Source: Leucoraja ocellata (lineage: Eukaryota). Taken from it: a stretch of DNA of 64,000 bases. Both the position numbers and the translations under genes were made by a program. The notes under the pieces are model-generated. The model saw nothing but the letters and a program-made list of their open reading frames with translations. It was not told the DNA's origin and did no database searches. Positions 57,501-64,000 of the stretch are shown here, in pieces. The stretch is taken from the NCBI GenBank assembly GCA_036785375.1, contig JAWMAR010000423.1, forward strand, positions 372,001 through 436,000, written 5' to 3'. Numbering within the stretch: position 1 is the first letter of the stretch; every line of letters begins with the position of its first letter.

Positions 57501-60092
57501 GAGTTCTAGGCTGGGATATAGTTGAGGAATTTGGACATTTTATACATTTTTATATAAGAAAATGCAGATGCTGGAATCTTGTGCAAAACATAAAGTACCG
57601 GAGTCAGTGGGTCAGACAGCATCTGTGTAAAGAATAGATAGGTGATGTTTCAGGTCAGGACTGAATGTCAGAATCAGGCTGATTTTTATGTTAGTTTAAA
57701 GTTAATTGCCGAATAGTCTGCAACCTGTTTGATGACCCCTACGGACTGATGACCTAGGACGAGGTTAAGTCGGTGTGTTACCCAATGGTTTGAAGTGCAG
57801 GGTTATGCTATGTTGAAATGATCCGCTCCAGCTGTGTGTGTACTTACAAGAGACTGTATGACAGAGCTTTCTTTGTGTTGGTGAGTGGCCCGTTGTCTCC
57901 TGTCTCATGCATGGCGTGCCTTGTTGTGGTCTTTGATTGTGATGTGCTCTCTGGCAGGAATGGGAAAGAAAGATGACCCTCGCCTGATGCAGGAATGGTT
58001 TAAGCTGGTGCAGGAGAAGAACAGCTTGGTACGCTACGAGTCAGAGCTGATGATCTTGTAAGTAGCAAGAGTTGTTTCTCACAACCCGATCCATTGTTCA
58101 TTTCTTTCCCTCTGGCGAGGAGCTTGAGATTGGGACCAAATGGACTGTCTCTGCACAGCGCTACACAGCACCCTGATCCTGAATTTCAGCCAACACTCCT
58201 TAATAAGGATCAAATTTTCCACCTCTGGCATTCCGCTCTTCTACTGATAGCCGACTGACCTGAACCAAGCTACCAAAAAGTATTCAATTCAATCTAAATC
58301 ATTTTAAATGACAATATTTGCTTTTGGTGTAGATAAAAGCTTTTGTTTGTGTACTATCCAATTAAATCAGATAATACTACACAAGAATACAATTGCCATA
58401 CACAAGCACAAGAGGTAGATCAGAGAATAAAAATGACGAGAGTGCAGAATATAGTTTTCACCATTGTAGCATAACCGTTCCAGAGAAAAAGTCCAATGTT
58501 CACAATTGGAGGATTGGTACTGGACCCTAGCACATGGGAGAAATAACAGAAGCAAAGAAGCTGGTCCAGAGTCTGGTGGTACATGCTTTCAAACTTTTGT
58601 ATCTTTCTGCCCAATGGGAGCTGGAAAAGAGAGAATGATCAGGGTGAGAAAGGTTGTTGACTGTGTTGGCTGCCGTCCCGACAGTGTTCCAGTCGCCCAC
58701 AGCCCAGCAGCCCACCACTAAGCCAGTTCTGAATCCAAAGGGCCGAGTCATTGTAGACTCCATACATCTTAATCTGCTGGATCAGCCTACCATGCGGGTC
58801 TTTATCAAATGCCTTTTTAAAAACCATGCTGACTAAACCCACTCCCCTACCCTCAATGAAACACCCTCCTCAAAAAACAAATCCAGGCCGTAGCCTCACT
58901 GGGTCAGATTAAATATCGCCTGGAGAGATGCAAAGTGATGAACTGTGTTTGTTTCCTGGTGTAGTGCCCGTGAGCTGGAGCTGGAAGATTGCCAGAGCAG
59001 GCTACAGCAGGAGCTCCGGGAACGCATGGCCATTGATGGTAGGTGACACTCGTGCCTATTCTCTGTTGGCCCTCTCTGATCTTTCCAGGCCAAAGACACT
59101 GGTGGATATTAGGGCCCCCTCCTAGGGATCTGTGCAACGTTTAAGTGATTCCGTGGGCCGTGGTAAGACAGCAGTGCTTGCCACAAACCAGATAAACCCG
59201 GGAGCTTCTGTCAGCATGTTGCTGCAGGTAGCTCACCATGTCTACAAACCTCACACCAAACAATCCACCCTGAGCTCCATCATGGCAAGATATTCCCAGA
59301 GGCAGAGAAAGCTAGGACATTGTCAAGTCTCTCTGCCAGGAACACATAGAGGGGAAGAGCAAGCTGCATCTTACTTACCCATCCACCTCAAAACCACCTG
59401 TCCCACATGCAGAGGCTCGATCCCCCACTGGGCCCGATAACCACAAAAAAACACCCACTACTGGGGTGGAAGCAAATCATCATCAACCTCAAGAAGGCAG
59501 TCAGCTGGAACAATCAGTATCCACCTTCAATCTAGATCCCTGTTTCCCCAATATCCACCTCGTTCTCAAGGTATCTAGGTCCCTGTCCCTAGAGTATCCT
59601 CACCCTTTGTTCTAGGGATATCAATGTCCCCTTTGCCAGAGTATATCCCCTCACATCCTAGTTTCTAGAGTATCATCCCCAGTCTTTGTTCTAGGGGTAT
59701 CTCGGTCCATGTTCCTGCTGTTTGTCCTGGGGGTACTTGGGTCCATGGGCCCAGGTTACCGGCACTGTATGTATGCGTGATCTTCTCCCCCTTTCCCATG
59801 GGCACGAGGCATTTGACTCGTTTTGTGACAGGCCTCAGCTCTTGCGCTGGGTGATGTCTGGACCACGAGCTGCTCCGTGCTCTGACCGTTCCCTGTGTGC
59901 TCGGCAGACAATCTGAAGAACAGCGAGGAGCTGCTGGAGGAGAAGCGGATCCTGAACGAGATGCTGGATGTGGTGGAGCAGCGGGACGCGCTGGTGGCTC
60001 TGCTCGAGGAGCAGCGGCTCCGCGAGAAGGAGGAGGACAAGGACCTGGAGGCGGTGATGCTGACCAAGAGCTACAACCTGAACTGGTCATAG
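6588..60092 (+). CDS. MICAL3: MICAL3 (or MICAL3-like paralogue), 3' partial spliced CDS: join(6588-6756, 8542-8759, 14690-14779, 17389-17514, 23421-23483, 27081-27188, 32346-32434, 33015-34671, 36969-37063, 38002-38052, 41654-41761, 43758-43851, 46393-46443, 51263-51331, 57958-58057, 58965-59038, 59908-60092)
   Basis: Translated exons carry motifs I recognise from vertebrate MICAL3: [113 protein letters not shown] and [22 protein letters not shown]. All introns are GT-AG and intron phases chain in frame from the first exon to the stop. Confidence 0.95.
7190..7890 (-). mobile_element. Nested CR1-type LINE 3' end fragments
   Basis: Typical 3' segment (aaacaggccc...ctagtcccacctgcctgcgtttggcccatatccc...ctcaccttaaac); the same family recurs at 3030-3670, 30780-31175 and 42970-43225. 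Confidence 0.7.
8542..8759 (+). CDS. MICAL3: MICAL3 acidic poly-Glu exon ([14 protein letters not shown]...[15 protein letters not shown]...)
   Basis: SSSE.EMEE and GVPW.. motifs; donor G|gtgagt at 8760. The start is ambiguous (in-frame starts possible at 8536, 8542 and 8545). Confidence 0.9.
12342..12624 (-). mobile_element. tRNA-derived V-type SINE (HE1-like)
   Basis: Minus strand shows A box, B box (gggttcgatc), the central gggtgctgtctgtatggagtttgtacgttctcccc domain and a (ctaaa)n tail. Confidence 0.85.
14492..14673. other. Assembly gap (182 N) following a degenerate (TG)n tract (14230-14490)
   Basis: Run of N in the sequence. Confidence 1.
14690..14779 (+). CDS. MICAL3: MICAL3 90-nt symmetric exon ([30 protein letters not shown])
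   Basis: Pyrimidine tract plus aag acceptor right after the N gap; donor G|gtatct; phase 1-1, matching its neighbours; protein-like composition. Confidence 0.75.
15335..15492. repeat. Polypyrimidine tract with a long poly-C run and a (CT)n microsatellite
   Basis: Directly visible. Confidence 0.95.
16120..16400 (+). repeat. G-rich minisatellite (ggactgggctgggagga-like units)
   Basis: Tandem degenerate units of about 18-19 bp. Confidence 0.8.
17389..17514 (+). CDS. MICAL3: MICAL3 exon ([32 protein letters not shown]...)
   Basis: [13 protein letters not shown] motif; long pyrimidine tract, cag acceptor, donor G|gtacgg; phase 1-1. Confidence 0.9.
17640..17920 (+). repeat. 30-bp minisatellite (gggaccgcatgtgggagggggtcacgcact)
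   Basis: About 8 degenerate tandem copies. Confidence 0.85.
18830..19600 (-). mobile_element. Old LINE (CR1/L2 group) fragment; related copy at 62760-63600
   Basis: Visible similarity between 18950-19290 and 63220-63600; minus-strand text [18 protein letters not shown] resembles the end of an RT domain. Confidence 0.55.
20394..20610 (+). mobile_element. Young tRNA-derived CORE-type SINE nested in an older V-SINE
   Basis: A box tggcgcaatgg, B box ggttcgaatccc (20449-20460), CORE-like gtgtccttggggcaagacacttcaccc and an (att)n tail; CpGs intact. Confidence 0.8.
20824..21113 (+). mobile_element. tRNA-derived V-type SINE (HE1-like)
   Basis: Head gtggcgcagcggtagagttgctgc, central domain and ctaaac tail; splits a short Penelope-associated unit at gctgc. 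Confidence 0.85.
22498..22810 (+). mobile_element. Older V-type SINE
   Basis: Head gtggtgcaactggtagaactgctgcctcacagctccagcgacctgggttcaatcc; diverged body. Confidence 0.7.
23421..23483 (+). CDS. MICAL3: MICAL3 63-nt acidic exon ([21 protein letters not shown])
   Basis: Acceptor ctttctccattgcattccag, donor G|gtatgc; phase 1-1, open frame; purine-rich island in AT-rich intron. Confidence 0.75.
24470..24542. repeat. (CA)n microsatellite plus poly-C
   Basis: Directly visible. Confidence 0.95.
24830..25197. mobile_element. PIF/Harbinger-type MITE, second family, CpG-rich
   Basis: TIR AGGGCCTGTCCCACGAGCATG...CATGCTCGTGGGACAGGCCCT; flanks TAA / TCA; inserted in a CR1 remnant. Confidence 0.88.
26550..26988. 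mobile_element. Truncated PIF/Harbinger-type element (right TIR only)
   Basis: Ends GTGGGACAGGCCCT followed by TTA; contains ttttcagcatgttgaaaa, like the 1388 MITE. Left boundary uncertain. Confidence 0.7.
27081..27188 (+). CDS. MICAL3: MICAL3 exon ([36 protein letters not shown])
   Basis: Acceptor tttttctttatgttgacag, consensus donor A|gtaagt; phase 1-1; resembles the D..SDA...RL...ELE segment of MICAL3. Confidence 0.8.
27490..27790 (-). mobile_element. Penelope-like element, GIY-YIG endonuclease C-terminal fragment
   Basis: Minus strand [20 protein letters not shown] and [25 protein letters not shown]. Confidence 0.8.
28374..28668 (-). mobile_element. tRNA-derived V-type SINE (HE1-like)
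   Basis: Closely similar to the copy at 12342-12624. Confidence 0.85.
28670..29830 (+). mobile_element. Degenerate CR1 LINE ORF2 remnant; continues at 30755-31175 after the Rex1 insertion
   Basis: Readable remnants [23 protein letters not shown] and KCEVLHFG..N, typical of CR1 ORF2. Confidence 0.7.
29835..30750 (-). mobile_element. Rex1/Babar-type LINE reverse transcriptase 3' fragment (pseudogenised)
   Basis: Minus-strand ORFs [25 protein letters not shown]...[18 protein letters not shown] and [17 protein letters not shown]...[15 protein letters not shown]. Confidence 0.85.
31636..31780 (-). mobile_element. Penelope-like fragment
   Basis: Minus strand reads [30 protein letters not shown]. 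Confidence 0.7.
32346..32434 (+). CDS. MICAL3: Probable MICAL3 exon bridging phase 1 to phase 0 ([18 protein letters not shown][[12 protein letters not shown]])
   Basis: Branch-like ctaat and tttag acceptor. Two in-frame phase-0 donors, after 32398 (CAG|gtacct) and 32434 (GAG|gtacag). Such an exon is needed to join 27188 (phase 1) to 33015 (phase 0). No recognisable motif. Confidence 0.55.
33015..34671 (+). CDS. MICAL3: MICAL3 large Pro/Ser-rich exon (core of ORF 32967..35102)
   Basis: Motifs [62 protein letters not shown] and WKSVFS; acceptor ttcccttcaatcag, donor G|gtagga; GC-rich coding bias. Confidence 0.95.
34715..34885 (+). repeat. About 30-bp minisatellite (aaacactggcccacacaccacactcgccct) just 3' of the large exon
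   Basis: 5-6 tandem degenerate copies; explains the [10 protein letters not shown] tail of ORF 32967..35102. Confidence 0.85.
35655..36620 (-). mobile_element. CR1 LINE 3' fragment with internal insertions
   Basis: Minus strand [36 protein letters not shown], typical CR1 ORF2 C-terminus. Confidence 0.85.
36969..37063 (+). CDS. MICAL3: MICAL3 exon ([32 protein letters not shown])
   Basis: Conserved [13 protein letters not shown]; ttgcag acceptor, GAG|gtaccc donor; phase 1-0. Confidence 0.95.
38002..38052 (+). CDS. MICAL3: MICAL3 51-nt cassette exon ([17 protein letters not shown])
   Basis: Long pyrimidine tract ending in gag; donor AAG|gtagag; phase 0-0. I recall a YVPHA.AF.RS insert at this position in vertebrate MICAL3 isoforms. 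Confidence 0.8.
38890..40500 (-). mobile_element. Old CR1 remnant plus a younger CR1 3' end (40160-40490)
   Basis: CR1-like 3' segment (ttcaccaccctc..aagaaattcctcctc, ctagactctcccactagtggaaacat). Boundaries approximate. Confidence 0.6.
41654..41761 (+). CDS. MICAL3: MICAL3 exon, start of C-terminal coiled coil ([36 protein letters not shown])
   Basis: Near-identical to the MICAL3 motif; ctttcag acceptor, CAG|gttggc donor; phase 0-0. Confidence 0.97.
42045..43225 (-). mobile_element. CR1 LINE 3' fragments (two nested copies)
   Basis: CR1 3' signatures as at 7310-7640 and 40160-40490. Confidence 0.65.
43758..43851 (+). CDS. MICAL3: MICAL3 bMERB exon, helix 1 ([31 protein letters not shown])
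   Basis: bMERB/DUF3585 consensus; cttacag acceptor, G|gtaact donor; phase 0-1. Confidence 0.97.
45548..45943. mobile_element. Non-autonomous DNA transposon (MITE) with 8-bp TSD (hAT or P superfamily)
   Basis: TIR CAAAGATCCTATAGCAAGATAGATCACTC (the right copy has a 4-bp duplication); perfect TSD GGCATTGG at 45540-45547 and 45944-45951. Confidence 0.9.
46393..46443 (+). CDS. MICAL3: MICAL3 51-nt cassette exon ([17 protein letters not shown])
   Basis: ctaat branch-like motif and tattatag acceptor, G|gtacgt donor; phase 1-1. I recall a DYWGES.YS..DLHLG insert in vertebrate MICAL3 isoforms. Confidence 0.85.
46944..47830 (+). mobile_element. Tc1-family transposon, internally deleted, with frameshifted transposase C-terminus
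   Basis: TA TSD; about 215-bp inverted repeats starting CAGTGCCC; transposase motifs [12 protein letters not shown] and [12 protein letters not shown] in different frames, ending ...[12 protein letters not shown]. Confidence 0.95.
48700..48946 (-). mobile_element. V-type SINE, diverged
   Basis: Reverse complement of the SINE head and central domain (acagacagcacccgaggtcaggatcgaaccc). Confidence 0.75.
51263..51331 (+). CDS. MICAL3: MICAL3 69-nt cassette exon ([23 protein letters not shown])
   Basis: About 140-nt pyrimidine tract, gaag acceptor, G|gtaatg donor; phase 1-1. I recall a [11 protein letters not shown] insert in MICAL3 isoforms. Confidence 0.85.
56025..56120 (-). mobile_element. About 96-bp Penelope-associated unit with a hammerhead-like core, flanked by a 14-15 bp TSD
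   Basis: Direct repeat ctatagatattggg at 56011-56024 and 56121-56134; minus strand reads AGT-CTGAAGA-A-GGGTC-TC-GATCC-GAAA-CGTC. Confidence 0.8.
57958..58057 (+). CDS. MICAL3: MICAL3 bMERB exon ([33 protein letters not shown])
   Basis: bMERB consensus; ggcag acceptor, TT|gtaagt donor; phase 1-2. Confidence 0.97.
58965..59038 (+). CDS. MICAL3: MICAL3 bMERB exon ([25 protein letters not shown])
   Basis: bMERB consensus; gtgtag acceptor, G|gtaggt donor; phase 2-1. Confidence 0.97.
59908..60092 (+). CDS. MICAL3: MICAL3 last coding exon ([61 protein letters not shown])
   Basis: MICAL3 C-terminus; ggcag acceptor; TAG stop at 60090-60092. Confidence 0.97.
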
Positions 60093-61017
60093 ACAGTCCA
60101 CCTGTGGCCGCAGTCACTGAGTGCTGGGCATCAGCAGCCGGCAGGGAAGGCAAGAGAGGCTGTCTTGCAAATGGCTGGTGGAGCAAACCCCTGCAGCCTT
60201 TCCACTGCCGTGTACACCGCAGAATACTACTTGTGCTGTGTTCCCAGGTGTTAGCCACACATGATCCCACCTGACCCAAGGGCAACTTCAGATATTGGCC
60301 AGATTTACAGTATAGGGCAGGTGTTCAGAGGATAAGGAACACAGGAATTTGGGGTGCTGAGTTATTTCATCAGATTCGTAGAAACTGATTCTTTTTGGTG
60401 AGGGAACAGTAGAACTGAACGGCACAGGAGCTCGAGAGAGAGAGAGAGAGAGAGAGAGCCCTTGAGTGAGTATAGATCTGGTTCAGTCCACCAATTCTTC
60501 CTCCATGCGCATCAGAAATAGATACGCTGCACCCTGAGGTGGAGGCTTGCTCCTCTTGTTTACCCAGTCCAGAGGGGCAGCTGCCCTTCACAAGCCGGCC
60601 CATAGGTATTTATGCAGCTTGCTGCCGCTGATCTGGGAGCTTGAAGTACTGAGCACAGAGTGAGCCACTCCCAGCTGCTGTAGGATCCAGTTACCTTTCC
60701 TTTGGGGAGGGTGAGCCGTGTGTGATAGAACACACGCAGGAGCAAAAAAACATTTAAATGCCATGACGCAAGTAAAGGGAGGGGGAATATACCAGTGGTG
60801 GGGCATTCAATGGAGTCCAGCGACCTGCCACCATTTAACAAGCACAGGGCAGCTTACCCTGTTCCCACCTGTTCACTTACACGCTGTACTCCTTCCAACT
60901 CTAATTTAGTTCACTTGAACATTGTACCTCCTAAAACTCCTCATGGTCACACTTACACATCCCACTTGCTCCCATTTGCATCCCAAAGGCTTTTCACTGT
61001 ATCTCGGTACACGTGAC

Positions 61018-61023
61018 AATAAA
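61018..61023 (+). promoter_or_regulatory. Candidate polyadenylation signal for MICAL3, inside a retroelement 3' tail
   Basis: First AATAAA I can find downstream of the stop codon (about 930 nt); embedded in ...ggtacacgtgacaataaactaaactaaac. Confidence 0.35.
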
Positions 61024-64000
61024 CTAAACTAAACTAAACTCCAGTAAATACAACACAGTTCGCTCCAGTAAAGACAACATCGTCCACTCCAGTAACCACA
61101 ATGTAGCCCAATGCGAAGGGGATTCGGAAGAAATCCCAGCAATACCTAGCAATGGGATGCCCCCTTGAAAGAAATGTTTAAGAGGAGGTTGGATGGGCCT
61201 TTCAGATCAAAGGGTACAGGTCATGCTGATTTAGATAAGTAAAGGTGAATGGAGTGGTGCAAAGTGACATCTGAGCGGCCAGTTTCTGTGCCATAGCTCC
61301 AGAATGTAGCTCCCATCATTGCACCATGACAAACGCGCACATCACTGCACACTCACGTTCTGTATCTTACCAGATCTAACCCTTCATATTTACACACGTG
61401 CACGCACCCATCCCATCCATTGCAACATCACCATCACACCATGTACCCATGCACTCCCAACACCAATGAGGAAATTATTTAAGAGCTACCTTTTCTCTCA
61501 TGTGAGGACCAGAAATGGACACAGTGCGGCACGTGTGGTCCAGTTAGCATGTTACAGTCTTTGCAAGATCTCGGCTCTCATAGTCTGCATTTTGACCAAT
61601 AACAGCAAGTATCCCAGATGTCTCATTAACCATTATCTATCATATCTGGGACTTTCAGATCCAACGGAACGTGCGCTCCAAACCCCTGCTGGAGCGATAT
61701 TTCCCACTATCCTCTTGCTTGGTTGTGGCTGCCTTCCCCAAATGCATGATATTATCCATCTCCTTATAACATTGCCTGTCTGACCAGACTGGTGATTTCT
61801 TTGTTGGTTGTGACTTTCTTCTTCACCGTTAGTCACGTGGCCACGGTTTACATTACTGCAATCGCTTTACCATATTACCCAGAGTTAAGTCCAAATCATT
61901 GATACGCAGCGACCATTGAGCCTTCTGGTCTCAACTGCAAACAGCCTCCCATTCACCAATGACCAATAATAGCTTTAGTTTTCTCCCTCAGAGTAGGAGT
62001 GCAGATTGGCAGTCTCCCTTGAATCCCATAGGTTTTATTTTCTTCCCGTGGGATGGGATGTGGTCAAAGGTTTTGCTGAAATCCATGTATGTACTTAGAT
62101 GCCATCATCACCCCCTTCTCAAAAAATATCTAATTTGTCTTCCTCAGCCTTCCCAAACAAATCTATGTTGGCCATCCTTGATTAAACCATGATGATTCAT
62201 CATTTCCCGCACTGATCTCAGACCTGGCTGACGTAATAACTTGCTCTCTTCCCTACCTTCCTTTTCTAAAACAATGCCATTCTGGTGACTCTCCACTTAT
62301 TTTACAGCTGCTCTGAGGGAGGGCTGGAAATTGTCCACGTCGACCTGCTTGGACACCAAGTGTATTGCATCCAACTCTCCACCCTTGAACAGGCACCCTT
62401 CCTTCTCCATCACGCTCCACCCACCCTGCCATCACTTCCTTTCAGATGAGTCACCAGCTCCTGTATCGACTTCTACCTGTCGCTTTGTTCTTGTAAATCA
62501 ATCAACTTTAGAAATCACAGGTTTTTCCTCCCTTCCCGCACGTCACAAGCATCCAACCATGCCCAACATTTATTTCCTTATCTCTGCAACCTTTCCCAGC
62601 CATTCTGCATTTCCCCCACCATAATCTCATATGCTTATACACTAACCATGTCCCACTCTGCCCATTATTCTGCCCCTATACACTGCATCAGTTTATCATT
62701 CCTACTCGGGATATGCACGGCTCCTATCATTGCCCACGCCTAGTTGCTCTAGAGAAGTAGTGAGTGAGTCGCTTTCTATTGAAAGAACTCTCAGGGTGCT
62801 ACTTAGGTAGGGAATTCCAAGACATTGATTCAACAATGATGAAGGAACAGTGAAGCCACTCCAAGCCAGGACAATTGCAGAGAGATTGTATATTTAAGCA
62901 CTGATCCTGTCAGTTAACCTTTCAGTTTTATTTCAGCGTGAGACTGCATCAGCATTGGGCTGGTGGTGTTCCCATGCATCTGCTTCCCATTCCCGTGGCC
63001 ATAGCTGTCGCAGAAGCGTGGCAAGGAACTGCAGTGCATCCTGTTGCTAGTCAACAAGGTACCTCTCTAAGGTACTGGAGGGCAGCTGGTAATTTAAACT
63101 AACACGCAAACATCCTTTACTGCACTGCTTGTGCAAGGAATCAATGTTTGGGGTGGTGCTTGAGGAGCTAACCATGCTTTGTCCTGAATGTTGAACTTGT
63201 AACAGCACTCGTACAGGCAGGTGGACAGTATTCCATCCCACTCCTGGCTTGCCTCAGAGACTGAGAAAACACTTTGGAAGTCAGGAAGTGAGTCATCCAC
63301 AGCTAGACACACGATGTCCGACCAGCTCCTCTCATGGACACCATATTCATGTACATGGTCTAATTTCTGGTTCAAAGACAATGCCCAGGGTATGGATGGT
63401 GGAGATTCAGTAATGGTAATGCTATCAAATGTCAATAGGGGGTTGCTAGAGCCTCACTTGTTGAGATAATCATTGTCTGGTACTTGTGAGGTGCAAATGT
63501 TACTTGGCACTTACCAGCCTGTGCCTGAATATTGTCCAGGTCTTGCTGCATGTAGACATGGATTGCTTCAGTACCGAATTTCCATTGCAAATGGAACTGA
63601 AGACTGCGTGCATGGGTTCCCGTGTGTGTGGGTGGGTGTGTGTGTGTTTCATTGTGTCTCAGCTCTCTTTCAATGTGGTCAGGGTGACAACAGTTTGGAC
63701 CTGTGGTTTAACACAGTATTATGTACAGTTGAGTGTGTGGGTGTGTGTATGATGCGGCACAGAGGGGTACAAATATATTTAAGAATGAAATCCTGTGGAA
63801 TGTAATTCCAGAGGTCAGGTTTGAAGATTGTTTCTGTGACTTTGTGGCTACGCTCAAACTGGAGTCTGAGTCAGACGGAGAGCAAGATGCAGCCCAGGGG
63901 CTGGAGAGAAGGCCCTGCCTACTGACAGCCTCTCTGGGAGAAGATTTATAGACCGAGTTGGTCTGTGAATCAGGTCAGTTCCCAATGGGAACGTGATTTA

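Overview
Eukaryotic (vertebrate) genomic DNA, most likely from a cartilaginous fish such as a skate, ray or shark. That inference rests on the repeat complement: V-type tRNA SINEs, CR1 and Rex1 LINE fragments, and Penelope-like pieces. The window holds the 3' part of one large + strand gene, a MICAL3 orthologue or close paralogue (F-actin monooxygenase); the MO, CH and LIM exons lie upstream, outside the window. I could chain 17 GT-AG exons from 6588 to the stop at 60092 in one continuous reading frame, covering the acidic region, the Pro/Ser-rich region and the C-terminal bMERB (Rab-binding, DUF3585) coiled coil. Several are short frame-preserving exons that the ORF track does not show. The introns are filled with transposon debris: PIF/Harbinger-type MITEs, an 8-bp-TSD MITE, an internally deleted Tc1 element, SINEs, LINE fragments, degenerate minisatellites and one 182-N gap. 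Almost all other ORFs in the track are spurious. The most interesting items are a ~100-bp mobile unit carrying a hammerhead-ribozyme core (one copy has a clean 14-15 bp target-site duplication), a candidate intronic polyadenylation site that would remove the autoinhibitory C-terminus, and a basic/Cys-cluster cassette exon inside the bMERB domain. I see no prokaryotic-type system (CRISPR, operon etc.), and I cannot claim anything here is truly undescribed without database searches.
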